Shown here: in pieces, positions 7,806 to 18,683 of the stretch | Layout of the letters: each line of letters starts with the position of its first letter | How positions within the stretch are numbered: the first letter of the stretch is position 1 | From: Crocinitomicaceae bacterium | GTDB lineage: Bacteria > Bacteroidota > Bacteroidia > Flavobacteriales_D > Crocinitomicaceae | Direction: 5' to 3' | Assembly (NCBI GenBank): GCA_044237035.1 | Contig: JBIIFU010000008.1 | Location: 18,429-82,428 of the forward strand | Length of the DNA stretch: 64,000 nucleotides | Position numbers and translations under genes: made by a program | Notes under the pieces: model-generated | Databases searched by the model: none | Told to the model about the DNA's origin: nothing | Seen by the model: only the letters and a program-made list of their open reading frames with translations

Positions 7806-10073
7806 ATGAAGAAGAAATTTTTACCATTTATTGCATTTTTATTTTTGGGAATGTCCGTTTTTTATTCCCAAAGTATTTTAGTTAATTCCGCTCAAACACC
7901 CACTCAACTCGTCAATAATGTACTTCTCGGTTTTGGAGTAACAGCTTCAAATATTACCATAAATGGAAGTCCTTTAAATGCAAATACACCAGTTTCGAAC
8001 GTAACTTCTTTTACAAATTCAAATCCGTCGTTTCCATTTAATGCTGGTCTTTTATTGACAACAGGTAACGGTATTGGTGCACAAGGTCCAAATAGTCAAA
8101 CTAGTTTCACCAATAATACGCCTGCTACGCCGAATGTTTCTGCTGATCCGCATTTGAATGCTATTGCCAATGGAAATGTTACCAACGGTGCAGTTTTGGA
8201 ATTCGATTTTATTCCATCAGGTGATACAATGAGTTTTCGTTATATTTTTGGTTCTGATGAATATCCAGAATTTTCACCTTCATCATTCAATGATGCTTTT
8301 GGATTGTTTTTGTGGGGACCAGGAATAAGCGGACCATACGCGCTTGCTGGTTATCCAGCGGGTGGAGCTAACGTTGCTATTTTACCAGATGGGATAACAC
8401 CTGTTACGATCAACAATGTTGGGGATGCCTCTAATACTCAGTATTACGTTTTTAATGATAATGGATCGACGTATGGTACAGCAATTCAATACGACGGAAC
8501 CACTGTTGTTTTAACTGCTGCGGCTTCTGTGCAATGTAACCAAACCTACCATATCAAATTGGCGATTTCTAACGTGGGCGATCAAGCGTATGACTCCGGG
8601 GTTTTTCTTGAGGCAGGAAGTTTTGCGTCGGATGCTGTTGCTGTAACTGTAGCTACAGTTTCTGGCGATACTACAATTATTGAAGGGTGTACAGACGCTA
8701 ATTTTATCTTTACGAGACCATCAAATGATGTTGCGGATACATTATTGATAAATTATACGATAACAGGAAATGCAATCGAAGGAACAGATTTTAATTTTCT
8801 ACCTGATACGATTATATTTCTTCCGGGGCAAGATTCAGTTATCATTAATTTAACTCCAACACAAGACGGTGTGACAGAGGGCTTTGAATCTGTAATTATT
8901 ACTGTAGAATTGATAAATCCATGTAATGACACGATATTCTCGCAGGGAACAATTTTTATTGGCGAAGGTCCAATAATAAATATTTCTGAAAACGACCCAA
9001 TTGTTCAATGTGCCACGGATAGTATTCCACTTTTTGCATCTGCATCAGGAGGATATCCCCCTTATGATTATGAATGGACAGATATTGGCGGAGTCCCTTC
9101 AGGTACTGGCGATACAATTTTTGGATCTATTTCTCAAAATGGAACAATATCCTATTTGATAACTGCAACAGATCAATGTAATTTTTCTAATATTGATACC
9201 GTTACAATCACAATGAATCAAACTCTTGCTATTGATACTATGGGAACAGTAGCTTCAAGCTGTCAACCCACTGGTGTAGTTTGGGGATTAGCAACAGGCA
9301 CAACGGGTATTCCTGCATTTAATTGGACAGGGCCTGGAGCAAATAGTCCAAACTTTATTGATGCATCAGTTTGGGAAGATATTCCTTCAGGATGGTATTA
9401 TTTTACTGTAACGGATAATGTATGTTCCGTGAATGATAGCGTTTTTGTTGATTTACTTGATCCACCTGTAGCCTCTTTTACAGCAACTCCATTATCGGGC
9501 TGTTCTCCGTTAGAAGTAACAATTACAAATTCTAGCCAGAATGGAACTGCATATTTGTGGAATCTGGGAGATGGTACGACAAACACAACTACCGATTTAA
9601 GTGGTTTTACACATATCTTCACAGATTCAATGATGAATCAAGCATATACCATTCAACTTATCGTACAGCAAGGACAATTTTGTTCTGACACAGCTGTTGT
9701 TGGTGTAGTTACAACAGTTTGCGGATGCACAAACTTGGAAGCAGATAACTATAACCCTTATGCAACAGTAGATGACGGAAGTTGTATTTTTCCTGATCCT
9801 ATCATAGAAGCACCAAATGTTTTAACTCCTGATGGTGATCAAGTAAATGATGTTTTTGAATTAGATTGGTTAAATCTAAAGTCATTGCGGTTGGTGATTC
9901 TGAACCGATGGGGTAACGTAATTTATGATGTTACGAGCCAGGATTTAACACTCTCAATTCCGAGTTGGGATGGAGGAGATGCTGAAGATGGTGTTTATTT
10001 CTACCGATACGAGGGAACAGGTATTGCAGATCAACTACTCGAAGGACACGGATTTGTTCATCTGATTAGATAA
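7806..10073 (+). CDS. choice-of-anchor L / Calx-beta / PKD adhesin with T9SS type-B sorting domain
   Basis: 755 aa with signal peptide ...VFYS|Q. The N-terminal block (LVNNVLLG.GV...NIT..G....FRYIFGSDEYPEF..S.FNDAFGLFL.GPGI...IQYDGTT..L......C.Q.YHIKLAISNVGD.AYDSGVFLEAGSF) is choice-of-anchor L. There is a Calx-beta-like segment and a PKD segment (NSSQNGTAYLWNLGDGTT). The C-terminus NVLTPDGDQVNDVFE...ILNRWGNVIYD...WDGG is the gliding-motility-associated C-terminal domain. Confidence 0.88.
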   Translation: MKKKFLPFIAFLFLGMSVFYSQSILVNSAQTPTQLVNNVLLGFGVTASNITINGSPLNANTPVSNVTSFTNSNPSFPFNAGLLLTTGNGIGAQGPNSQTSFTNNTPATPNVSADPHLNAIANGNVTNGAVLEFDFIPSGDTMSFRYIFGSDEYPEFSPSSFNDAFGLFLWGPGISGPYALAGYPAGGANVAILPDGITPVTINNVGDASNTQYYVFNDNGSTYGTAIQYDGTTVVLTAAASVQCNQTYHIKLAISNVGDQAYDSGVFLEAGSFASDAVAVTVATVSGDTTIIEGCTDANFIFTRPSNDVADTLLINYTITGNAIEGTDFNFLPDTIIFLPGQDSVIINLTPTQDGVTEGFESVIITVELINPCNDTIFSQGTIFIGEGPIINISENDPIVQCATDSIPLFASASGGYPPYDYEWTDIGGVPSGTGDTIFGSISQNGTISYLITATDQCNFSNIDTVTITMNQTLAIDTMGTVASSCQPTGVVWGLATGTTGIPAFNWTGPGANSPNFIDASVWEDIPSGWYYFTVTDNVCSVNDSVFVDLLDPPVASFTATPLSGCSPLEVTITNSSQNGTAYLWNLGDGTTNTTTDLSGFTHIFTDSMMNQAYTIQLIVQQGQFCSDTAVVGVVTTVCGCTNLEADNYNPYATVDDGSCIFPDPIIEAPNVLTPDGDQVNDVFELDWLNLKSLRLVILNRWGNVIYDVTSQDLTLSIPSWDGGDAEDGVYFYRYEGTGIADQLLEGHGFVHLIR

Positions 10074-10090
10074 CCGTAAAAAGTTTCAGT

Positions 10091-11164
10091 TTACTTTTTA
10101 ATTTTTACTGCTAGTAGTTTATTCCAGTATTTGCCGGTAATTACCAATTCATTTGCTTGAGAATTGTACGCAATTCCATTTAATACCTCACCTTTTCCGC
10201 GGTATTTAGAAGAAATTTCATTTGCTTGAATAATGGCTTCAACCGCCCCAGTGGTAGGATTTATAACAGCGATTAAATCTTGCATATAAATATTGGCGTA
10301 AATTTTACCGTCAATATACTCCAATTCATTCAGTTGTGAAATTGATCCTTCGTCTGTAGTTGCTTCAATGGTTTTTACAATCTCGAAAGTTCGTGGATTT
10401 CTAAAAACAAGTTGCTCCGTACCATTTGACATAATCAAATACTTTCCATCATTGCAAAGCCCCCAACCCTCGCCGTTGTATTTAAATTCTTTGGATAATA
10501 CTGAAAGGTCTTGAGCATTGTATAACAAGCACTTTTGATTTTTCCAAGTCAATTGATAAAGTGTATCATTCAGTATTGTTATTCCTTCACCAAAATGTGT
10601 TGCATCAAGACCCACTTTCTTGCTTATCTTACCCGAACTTTGATCTACTTTGGCAACAATAGTATTTCCTTGATTCGATGGATCACCTGTGCCTTCAAAT
10701 AATTCTCCTTTGTAAAACTCCAAACCTTGTGTATAACTTGAATCTCGGTGATTATATTCTTTTCCAACTTCTAATTTCCAACTAGCTGGTTTTTTATCAT
10801 TTAAAATTTTGACATATCTCTCTTCAGTTTCTGTAGAATTATCTGTAAGAGTAGAAATTAGTACTAACTTTTTTGTGCCTAATTTCAATGAGGTTGTTTT
10901 GAGGATATGAAAAACAGAACCCTTTGGAGAATTCCAGATTTGTAAAGTGCTATCATTCAATTTTAATTCAACTTTTAGTAGGGCGGAATTATTAATTTTT
11001 ATTCCAATTCTAGATTCTTTTTGAGTAATCACCGATAGATTTTCCCCGAAAGTAAAAGATGCCGACGCATTATCGTCTACATTTAAGGCATTATCCATCC
11101 AGATTTTATAAATGAATGCAGATGCAAAGATTAGCAACAGTGCAATAATTACTTTCTTTTTCAT
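10091..11164 (-). CDS. glutaminyl-peptide cyclotransferase (beta-propeller type) with N-terminal extra domain
   Basis: 357 aa. YTQGLEFYKGELFEGTG..... followed by propeller repeats (GEGIT...D.LYQLTWK, GEGWGLC.DGK.LIMS.G, LNELEYI.GKIYANI) is characteristic of bacterial glutamine cyclotransferase. Confidence 0.85.
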   Translation of the reverse strand: MKKKVIIALLLIFASAFIYKIWMDNALNVDDNASASFTFGENLSVITQKESRIGIKINNSALLKVELKLNDSTLQIWNSPKGSVFHILKTTSLKLGTKKLVLISTLTDNSTETEERYVKILNDKKPASWKLEVGKEYNHRDSSYTQGLEFYKGELFEGTGDPSNQGNTIVAKVDQSSGKISKKVGLDATHFGEGITILNDTLYQLTWKNQKCLLYNAQDLSVLSKEFKYNGEGWGLCNDGKYLIMSNGTEQLVFRNPRTFEIVKTIEATTDEGSISQLNELEYIDGKIYANIYMQDLIAVINPTTGAVEAIIQANEISSKYRGKGEVLNGIAYNSQANELVITGKYWNKLLAVKIKK

Positions 11165-11182
11165 GCTATTAAAGTTTTTAGA

Positions 11183-11539
11183 TTAAATTAATTTTGCAAT
11201 TTCCAAGGCATCAATTCCATTGTGCGATTCTTGGTAAATTACTTGGTTTTGGTTTATAACAATTGCTTGTGGAGATTGATGAGCAACATTGAGCTCATGA
11301 GCAATTGCATTGGATAAATCTCGAAAATTTAATAAATCAAGATAATAGAGTGAAACCACTTTATTGCTATCCCATTCTCTTTCAAATCTGGATAGTGCCA
11401 TGGATGAAATACTGCAACGTGTACTATGCTTGAAAATCAGAACTGGATTCACTTGACTTTCAGCTAATAAGTCCTGAATTGTACTTTCATTTGACAACTG
11501 TTTCCAGGGGAAATTTGATTTTTGAGAGAACCAGCCCAT
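11183..11539 (-). CDS. ytxJ: bacillithiol system redox-active protein YtxJ
   Basis: 118 aa. FKHSTRCSIS is the monothiol TRC.IS motif of the DUF2847/YtxJ thioredoxin-like family. The start overlaps the pheS stop by 1 nt. Confidence 0.85.
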   Translation of the reverse strand: MGWFSQKSNFPWKQLSNESTIQDLLAESQVNPVLIFKHSTRCSISSMALSRFEREWDSNKVVSLYYLDLLNFRDLSNAIAHELNVAHQSPQAIVINQNQVIYQESHNGIDALEIAKLI

Positions 11540-12558
11540 TAGATATTTGGTGTAAATTGACGTAGAAATCGCAAATCATTTTCAGAATACATTCGCAGAT
11601 CATTTACTTTGTATTTAAGCTGAGTAATTCGCTCTATTCCCATTCCGAAGGCAAATCCTGAATATTCATTCGAGTCGATTCCACAAGATTCAAGTACATT
11701 TGGATCTACCATTCCACAACCCAAAATCTCAAGCCAGCCGGAATATTTACAAACGTTACATCCTTTACTGTTGCAAATAGAACATGAAACATCTACTTCT
11801 GCACTTGGTTCGGTGAATGGAAAATACGAGGGGCGTAAACGAATTTGAGCTTTCTCTCCGAATAGTTCCTTCGCAAAATACAGCAAAGTCTGTTTCAAGT
11901 CGGCAAATGAAACTCCTTTATCAATGTATAATCCCTCCACTTGATGAAAGAAACAATGCGCTCGAGCTGAGATAGCCTCGTTACGATAAACTCTACCTGG
12001 AGAAATCGTTCGGATAGGAGGGGTTGAGTTTTCCATAACGCGTACTTGGACAGAACTAGTATGTGTGCGCAAAGCGATTTCTTGCTCCCCTTTTTCAATG
12101 AAAAATGTATCTTGCATATCACGTGCTGGGTGTTCCGGGGGGAAATTGAGTGCAGAGAAATTGTGCCAATCATCTTCTATCTCAGGTCCTTCAGAAACAG
12201 AATAGCCAATTTTTTTAAATATTTCAATAATTTCAGAACGCACAATGGACAATGGATGCCGCGAACCAATAGACTCATCAAACCCCGGTCTAGTTAAATC
12301 AAACGTATCAATTTGAGATTTAGAACTAGAAACGTTTTCCTTGGAGGCATTGTATTTTTCTTCAGCGAGAGTTTTTAATTGATTTACTTGTTGACCAAAT
12401 TCTTTTTTTTGATCAGCTGGAACATTTTTTAGTTCTCCATACAACTCTTTTATTAAACCCTTGGACCCAATAAATTTAATGCGAAAATCTTCTGCTTGTT
12501 TAGCATCGTTTATTACATAAGATTCAATTTCCGAGGCAATTTCTTGTAAGTTTGTCAT
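11539..12558 (-). CDS. pheS: phenylalanine--tRNA ligase subunit alpha
   Basis: 339 aa. HPL....EI..IF...G......GPEIE.D..NF.ALN.P..HPARDMQDTF and the class II motifs (FRNE, GFAFGMGIERI) are present. Confidence 0.96.
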   Translation of the reverse strand: MTNLQEIASEIESYVINDAKQAEDFRIKFIGSKGLIKELYGELKNVPADQKKEFGQQVNQLKTLAEEKYNASKENVSSSKSQIDTFDLTRPGFDESIGSRHPLSIVRSEIIEIFKKIGYSVSEGPEIEDDWHNFSALNFPPEHPARDMQDTFFIEKGEQEIALRTHTSSVQVRVMENSTPPIRTISPGRVYRNEAISARAHCFFHQVEGLYIDKGVSFADLKQTLLYFAKELFGEKAQIRLRPSYFPFTEPSAEVDVSCSICNSKGCNVCKYSGWLEILGCGMVDPNVLESCGIDSNEYSGFAFGMGIERITQLKYKVNDLRMYSENDLRFLRQFTPNI

Positions 12559-12631
12559 TTTTTTATTTGGGTTGTAACTTTTTTTTGTCTTTAACTGTTA
12601 AACAGATATATTTACACAAAATTAAAAATAA

Positions 12632-13036
12632 ATGATGAATAGTAGAATATCAAAAAGAGTAAGACCACTAGTTGCTCTCTTTTCTTTCGCTGCTGTATTT
12701 TTTATTCTCAGTGCTTGTGTAAAAATTAAACCCACAACAGCCATTATTTATGTAAAAAAACCAGATGGAAGCATTTGTTCAGGGGCACAGGTAAGATTGT
12801 ATGGCCAACCCGCTAATATAACTTCCGCAAATGCTTCTCAAGAATTGCGTATTGATTTGAATGCAGTAACTGATGCTGAGGGGCGTGCTTATTTTGATTT
12901 GACGGAATTTTACGACGGTGGGCAAACAGGTTTGGCGATTTTGAATGTGGATATTATGAAGGGCAGTCTAGAGCGTTCAGGCTTCATTCAAGTTACTGAA
13001 CAGGAAGTAAATGAACAAATATTTTTCCTGCAGTAA
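12632..13036 (+). CDS. small lipoprotein, tandem paralogue 1
   Basis: 134 aa with a signal peptide and lipobox-like FILSAC. It shares a colinear beta-rich pattern with the next two ORFs (AIIYVKK...GAQVRLYG...TDAEGRAYFDL...GQTGLAILNV...EQEVNEQ). Confidence 0.65.
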   Translation: MMNSRISKRVRPLVALFSFAAVFFILSACVKIKPTTAIIYVKKPDGSICSGAQVRLYGQPANITSANASQELRIDLNAVTDAEGRAYFDLTEFYDGGQTGLAILNVDIMKGSLERSGFIQVTEQEVNEQIFFLQ

Positions 13037-13085
13037 TCGTAGATATTTGAATTAATGTGTATCTTTGAATTTAACAGTTAACTAC

Positions 13086-13463
13086 ATGAAATTTCTTGTT
13101 ATTATCTTATCAGCTTTTGTAATATTATTTGGGTTCTCGTCATGTGAACCGAATGATCCTGCAATTTTGAAAGTGTTTGTTCGCTCTTCAACTAATCAGT
13201 TGATTAATGGCGCAAAAGTAATTGTAATTGGCGACCAACAATCAAATCCTCCAACGCAAGATTTTGTTGATACTACTTTTACTAATTCATCAGGATTTAC
13301 CGTAGTAGATATGGATCAGTATTTTGATAAGTATAGAAGCGGTGATGAAAACACGACTGGATATTTTGATATCGTTGTAAAATATAATAATAAAACTGCA
13401 TACGGTAAAACTAGATGTAGAATACATACTACGTCAGTTGAAACAATTTATTTACCTAATTAA
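13086..13463 (+). CDS. small lipoprotein, tandem paralogue 2
   Basis: I trimmed the track ORF (TTG at 13065) to ATG 13086 (MKFLVIILSAFVILFGFSSC). It shows AILKVFVR...GAKVIVIG...TNSSGFTVVDM, and is more divergent than copies 1 and 3. Confidence 0.62.
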   Translation: MKFLVIILSAFVILFGFSSCEPNDPAILKVFVRSSTNQLINGAKVIVIGDQQSNPPTQDFVDTTFTNSSGFTVVDMDQYFDKYRSGDENTTGYFDIVVKYNNKTAYGKTRCRIHTTSVETIYLPN

Positions 13464-13468
13464 TTGAT

Positions 13469-13840
13469 ATGAAATCTTTACTTTTTTTAAGTTTTGTTGT
13501 TCTTTTAGGCGTTGTTAGCGTTTCAGGTTGTAGAAAGAAAAAGGATACTTTGGCGCATATATATGTTAAGAATAACACGACGAACCAATCCGTTGACAAT
13601 GCAATGGTAGTATTGTATGGGACTAATACGGCAGGCACTCCGCAACAAGTAGCTGTTTTTGATACAGCTTATACCAATATAGAAGGACTAGCCACTTTCA
13701 ATTTCAATGAAATATATCAACTGGGCCAAGCCGGTGTTGCTGTACTTGACATTAAAGCTCAGAAATTAAATCAAGTTGGTATTGGAATTATTAAAATTGA
13801 AGCAGAAAAATTAAACGAAGAAACGGTTTTAATAAATTAA
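13469..13840 (+). CDS. small lipoprotein, tandem paralogue 3
   Basis: 123 aa with lipobox VSVSGC. It shows AHIYVKN...NAMVVLYG...TNIEGLATFNF...GQAGVAVLDI...EAEKLNEE. It starts 5 nt after the stop of paralogue 2. Confidence 0.65.
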   Translation: MKSLLFLSFVVLLGVVSVSGCRKKKDTLAHIYVKNNTTNQSVDNAMVVLYGTNTAGTPQQVAVFDTAYTNIEGLATFNFNEIYQLGQAGVAVLDIKAQKLNQVGIGIIKIEAEKLNEETVLIN

Positions 13841-13891
13841 TTTTATTTTTTTATTCGTATTATTCAATAGGCAATTTAGTTTATTAAAAAT

Positions 13892-13927
13892 AAAAAATCC
13901 GCTTAAGTTTTAAGCGGATTTTTATTT
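13892..13927. terminator. bidirectional intrinsic terminator
   Basis: aaaaaAATCCGCTTAagtttTAAGCGGATTtttattt is a 10-bp perfect stem flanked by an A-run and a T-run. It lies between convergent genes (lipoprotein 3 on plus, sucB on minus). Confidence 0.75.
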
Positions 13928-13945
13928 AATATTAATCGGATAAAA

Positions 13946-15214
13946 TTACAACCCCAACAATACTTCCATCGGATCTTTCGCTCCGAAAATCATTCTTTCT
14001 GGATTTTCCAACATTTCTTTTACCTTCACCAAGAAACCAACAGATTCTTTGCCATCAATGATTCGGTGGTCGTAAGATAGAGCAACATACATGATCGGAC
14101 GAATCTCAACCTTTCCGTTGATTGCAACCGGTCTTTCAACTACATTGTGCATTCCTAAAATAGCAGATTGAGGTGGGTTAATAATCGGCGTAGATAACAT
14201 GGAACCGAAAACACCTCCGTTTGTAATAGTAAATGTACCACCCGTCATATCATCAGGGGTGATTTTTCCATCTCTTGCTTTTATTGCTAATCGCTTGATT
14301 TCTCGTTCGATTTCAGCTAATGACATTTGTTCTGCATTGCGAACTACCGGAACCATCAATCCTTTAGGAGAAGAAACGGCAATTCCAATATCTGCATAAT
14401 CATGGAAAACCATTTCTTGTCCATCAATTTGTGCATTAACTGCCGGATATAATTTCAATGCTTCTGTTACCGCTTTCGTGAAGAACGACATGAATCCTAA
14501 ATTCACTTCGTGGTGTTTTGAAAAAGCATCTTTGTATTTCGCGCGAATATCCATTATTGGCTTCATGTCAACCTCGTTGAAAGTTGTAAGCATTGCTGTT
14601 TCGTTTTTCACAGAAACCAAACGTTCTGCTATTTTTCTACGCAACATGGACATTTTCTCGCGATTCTGGTTTCTTGTTCCGCCCCAACCTTGAGCTGCTT
14701 CAGCGGAGAAGCCTGCAGACATTGCATTGACAACATCTTGCTTGGTAATTCTTCCGTCTTTACCAGATCCATTCAACTGATTAGTAGAAATCCCATTTTC
14801 AGACATGATTTTAGCCGCTGCCGGTGAAGGAATACCCGAAGCATAAGAAACTTCTTTTTTAACAGGATCCGGATTTGGAGCTGCAGTTTTCGTTTCAGCA
14901 ACAGGTACAGGTGCTGTCTTCACTTCTTCCGTTTCAACTTCCGCTTTAGGTGCAGCACTTCCTGCCGGTTTGGCCGCTGAAGTATCAATTAAACAAACTA
15001 CTTGACCTACCTTTACAACATCGCCTTCAGCTGCTTTTAGTGTAATTGTTCCACTTGCTTCTGCTGGTAGTTCAAGCGTTGCTTTGTCAGAATCTACCTC
15101 TGCAATTGTTTGATCTTTTTCAACATAATCTCCGTCTGAAACTAACCATGTTGCAATTTCAACTTCTGAGATCGATTCTCCCGGACTGGGAACTTTCATT
15201 TCAAGTACTGACAT
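13946..15214 (-). CDS. sucB: 2-oxoglutarate dehydrogenase E2, dihydrolipoyllysine-residue succinyltransferase
   Basis: 422 aa with a lipoyl domain ([13 protein letters not shown]), an Ala/Pro linker, a PSBD, and a catalytic domain with the DHRIIDG motif. Confidence 0.95.
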   Translation of the reverse strand: MSVLEMKVPSPGESISEVEIATWLVSDGDYVEKDQTIAEVDSDKATLELPAEASGTITLKAAEGDVVKVGQVVCLIDTSAAKPAGSAAPKAEVETEEVKTAPVPVAETKTAAPNPDPVKKEVSYASGIPSPAAAKIMSENGISTNQLNGSGKDGRITKQDVVNAMSAGFSAEAAQGWGGTRNQNREKMSMLRRKIAERLVSVKNETAMLTTFNEVDMKPIMDIRAKYKDAFSKHHEVNLGFMSFFTKAVTEALKLYPAVNAQIDGQEMVFHDYADIGIAVSSPKGLMVPVVRNAEQMSLAEIEREIKRLAIKARDGKITPDDMTGGTFTITNGGVFGSMLSTPIINPPQSAILGMHNVVERPVAINGKVEIRPIMYVALSYDHRIIDGKESVGFLVKVKEMLENPERMIFGAKDPMEVLLGL

Positions 15215-15234
15215 GTTCTTTCTTTTATCAATAA

Positions 15235-17961
15235 TTATTTAACAGGAACTTTTGCATAGCTAAATAGCTGACTATACAATTTTTCCAAACGTTTTTCATG
15301 TAATTTTTTCGAACCTTCTGCCGATGCTGCTGAAGCTGGTCTGCAAACTCCAATCAATGGAATATGACGAAGATTCATTGCCATATAAGTCCAAGCACCC
15401 ATGTTTGCAGGTTCTTCTTGGGCCCAAACGATATTTTTAGCGTTTTTGTATTTCTTTAAAACAGCATCAATTTGTTTTTGTGGCAACGGATATAATTGCT
15501 CGATACGCACAAAAGCATAGGAATCTATTCCCAACGATTGCGCTTTTTCTTTCATTTCGTAATAGAATTTACCAGAGCAAAGCACCAAGGTTTCCACGTT
15601 TTTAGCATCTGCAGAAACATCATCTAAAACTTCTTGGAAAGAACCGGTTGCCATTTCATCTAATTTAGAAGTTGCTGCAGGATAGCGCAGTAACATTTTT
15701 GGTGAAAAAACTACCAAAGGCTTGCGGAATTCGCGTTTTAATTGTCTTCTCAATAAATGGAAATGATTTGCCGGAGTAGATGTATTTACAATTTGCATAT
15801 TATAATCAGCGCATTGCTGTAAGAAACGCTCCATTCTACCACTCGAATGTTCAGCTCCTTGGCCTTCGTATCCGTGCGGAAGAAGCATTACTAATCCACT
15901 TTGTGTCGCCCATTTATCCTCACCTGCAGAAATAAATTGATCCACCATAATTTGAGCACCATTGAAGAAATCTCCGAATTGCGCTTCCCAAATAGTCAAT
16001 CCATTTGGTGTTGCTAACGAATACCCGTATTCAAAACCAAGTACACCATATTCAGACAATAATGAATTGTAAACTTCAAATTTTGCTTGTTTATCGGAAA
16101 GGTGATTCAACGACAAAACTTCCTCTTCCGTATCTTCCGTTTTAACAACGGCGTGTCTGTGAGAAAAAGTTCCACGCTCTACATCTTGACCGGAAATTCG
16201 AACTGGATGACCTTCTTCTAATAACGTTGCATAAGCCAACATTTCAGCTGAACCCCAATCCAATTTGTCAGATTTAATGGCATTCAAACGATCTTCAAAA
16301 ATCTTCGCGATTTTTCTAAAATATTTTTTTCCTTCAGGAAGAGTAGAAAGTTTAACACCAAGGTCTAATAACTTCTTTTTCTCAAAACCTGTAATTGGAG
16401 AAGCATCAAAATCTTCTGGTTTACTATGGCGATATCCTTCCCAAGCGTGACTTAAAAAGTCATAAACCAATGCTTTGTCCTGTTTCTTTGCTATTTCAAA
16501 TTCAGCCTCTAAAAAGTTGTTGTATTCATCTTCAATTTTCGCCGCTTCGTCTTTTGAAAGTACACCTTCCGTCTCCAATTGCTTGAAATAAATCTCTCTC
16601 GGATTCGGGTGTTTTGCAATGATATTGTACAAGCTTGGCTGCGTAAATTTAGGCTCATCGCCCTCATTATGACCATATTTTCGGTAGCACAATAAATCAA
16701 TGAAAATATCTCTGTTAAATGTTTGGCGATATTCCATTGCAATTTCCATTGCTTGAACAACCGCTTCAACATCGTCGCCATTCACGTGGAAAACGGGGCA
16801 AAGGGTAGTTTTAGCTACATCTGTACAGTACGTTGATGAACGAGCATCTAAATAATTTGTGGTAAATCCAACTTGATTGTTCACAACAATATGAATGGTT
16901 CCACCAGCACGATATCCATCTAGCTGAGCCATTTGAATCGTTTCATAAACAATCCCTTGTCCGGCAACAGCTGCATCTCCATGAATCAATACCGGACAAA
17001 TTTTCGCTTCATCGTGTAATTCAGTATCTACTTTTGCACGAGCAATTCCTTCAACAACTGTATTAACCGCCTCAAGGTGTGATGGGTTTGGTGAAAGAGT
17101 TAAACCAATTCTTTTTCCATTTTCAAGAGTAACATAAGATGTAAATCCTTGGTGGTATTTTACATCTCCATCAAAGGTTGATTCAAAATCAAATTCTTTT
17201 CCTTCAAATTCAGAGAAAATATCTTTTGGTCTTTTTTCGAATATATTCGTTAGGGTATTCAATCGCCCTCGGTGTGCCATTCCCATTACGAAATACTCAA
17301 CACCTAAGCTTGAACCTCTTTTTACCAAAACGTCTAAGGCTGGAATTAAAGCTTCACCACCTTCGACGGAAAAACGTTTTTGACCAACAAATTTTTTACC
17401 CAAAAATGCTTCAAAAGAAGATGCTTGATTCAGTTTTTTATAAATTTCAATCTTTCGATTTTTATCAATAACCGGACGATTCTTGAGTTCAATTTTATTC
17501 TTAATCCAATCTACTCTTTCTGGGTCTCGGATGTAAACGTATTCGATACCAATAGATTGGCAATAGGTTTCGTCTAAATGATGAACAATGTTGCGCAATG
17601 AACTAGGACCAATACCGATAATTTCTCCTGCTTGAAAAACGGTCTCTAGGTCAGCTTCAGCAAGTTCAAAATTTTCAATAGCTAATGTTGGCGAGTACTG
17701 ACGTCTTTCTCGAACTGGATTAGTTTTAGTAAACAAATGTCCGCGAGATCTATATCCGTTGATTAGATTAATTACCCGAAATTCTTTTAGGTAATTCTCT
17801 GGAATTTGTCCTTGATCTTCAAAATTTGTTCGTGCAAAATCGAATCCTTCGAAAAACTTTTGCCAACCAATATCTACATTACTTGGGTTTTGAGAATATT
17901 CTTTGTACAAATGATCTATCGCGGATACATCCGCATTACCGACGTATGAAATTTTGTCCAT
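15235..17961 (-). CDS. sucA: 2-oxoglutarate dehydrogenase E1 component
   Basis: 908 aa. It has [11 protein letters not shown] and the ThDP-binding region ([26 protein letters not shown]), and sits directly upstream of sucB. Confidence 0.96.
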   Translation of the reverse strand: MDKISYVGNADVSAIDHLYKEYSQNPSNVDIGWQKFFEGFDFARTNFEDQGQIPENYLKEFRVINLINGYRSRGHLFTKTNPVRERRQYSPTLAIENFELAEADLETVFQAGEIIGIGPSSLRNIVHHLDETYCQSIGIEYVYIRDPERVDWIKNKIELKNRPVIDKNRKIEIYKKLNQASSFEAFLGKKFVGQKRFSVEGGEALIPALDVLVKRGSSLGVEYFVMGMAHRGRLNTLTNIFEKRPKDIFSEFEGKEFDFESTFDGDVKYHQGFTSYVTLENGKRIGLTLSPNPSHLEAVNTVVEGIARAKVDTELHDEAKICPVLIHGDAAVAGQGIVYETIQMAQLDGYRAGGTIHIVVNNQVGFTTNYLDARSSTYCTDVAKTTLCPVFHVNGDDVEAVVQAMEIAMEYRQTFNRDIFIDLLCYRKYGHNEGDEPKFTQPSLYNIIAKHPNPREIYFKQLETEGVLSKDEAAKIEDEYNNFLEAEFEIAKKQDKALVYDFLSHAWEGYRHSKPEDFDASPITGFEKKKLLDLGVKLSTLPEGKKYFRKIAKIFEDRLNAIKSDKLDWGSAEMLAYATLLEEGHPVRISGQDVERGTFSHRHAVVKTEDTEEEVLSLNHLSDKQAKFEVYNSLLSEYGVLGFEYGYSLATPNGLTIWEAQFGDFFNGAQIMVDQFISAGEDKWATQSGLVMLLPHGYEGQGAEHSSGRMERFLQQCADYNMQIVNTSTPANHFHLLRRQLKREFRKPLVVFSPKMLLRYPAATSKLDEMATGSFQEVLDDVSADAKNVETLVLCSGKFYYEMKEKAQSLGIDSYAFVRIEQLYPLPQKQIDAVLKKYKNAKNIVWAQEEPANMGAWTYMAMNLRHIPLIGVCRPASAASAEGSKKLHEKRLEKLYSQLFSYAKVPVK

Positions 17962-18116
17962 TTTTTGACTACTGTAGTGTGTCGCAAAGTTAAGGAATTA
18001 AATAGAAAAAAGTACTAAAAATGCTTTCTTTTTAGGATGAATAACAATAAGCAGGAGAAAGAAAATTGAAAAAAAGTTGTAATTTTAATTTAAGCGTGCA
18101 ACTTGAACAAGTAACT

Positions 18117-18683
18117 ATGAGTCTAATAACTGAGATGAGGGAAGACACCACACTGGTAACCGCCTGTTTGAAGGGTGACCCTCGTGCTCAAAAAACGTTG
18201 TTTGAAAAGTTTGCGCCGAAAATGTTTGCTGTTTGTTTGCGTTACATGGGAGATTCTGATGATGCTCAAGATACTTTGCAAGATGGATTCGTAAAAGTAT
18301 TTTCGAAACTTGCTGATTTTAAAAATGAAGGAGTTTTGGAAGGATGGATTAGGCGAATAATTGTCAATACTTGTCTTGATGCCATTCGAAAAAACCAAAA
18401 AACAAAATTTGATGTTTCTATTTCAGATGTTGAATATCAATTGGAATACAACGATACCGGACTTCAAAGTTTGGAATTAGAGGAGCTAATGAATTTGGTA
18501 CAATCTATGCCAAATGGTTACCGAGTTGTTTTCAATATGTTTGCTATCGAAGGTTATTCACACAAAGAAATTGGAGAGAAGTTAGGAATTAATGAAAACA
18601 CATCTAAATCGCAATATTTACGAGCGCGCGCTTTTTTACGAGAACGAATTGAAAAATTAGAATGGAAGGAAAAGACACTATAA
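18117..18683 (+). CDS. RNA polymerase ECF-type sigma-70 factor
   Basis: I trimmed the TTG-initiated track ORF to ATG 18117. Region 2 (FEKFAPKMFAVCLRYMGDSDDAQDTLQDGFVKVF) and region 4 (YRVVFNMFAIEGYSHKEIGEKLGINENTSKSQYLRARAFL) are present. Confidence 0.9.
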   Translation: MSLITEMREDTTLVTACLKGDPRAQKTLFEKFAPKMFAVCLRYMGDSDDAQDTLQDGFVKVFSKLADFKNEGVLEGWIRRIIVNTCLDAIRKNQKTKFDVSISDVEYQLEYNDTGLQSLELEELMNLVQSMPNGYRVVFNMFAIEGYSHKEIGEKLGINENTSKSQYLRARAFLRERIEKLEWKEKTL

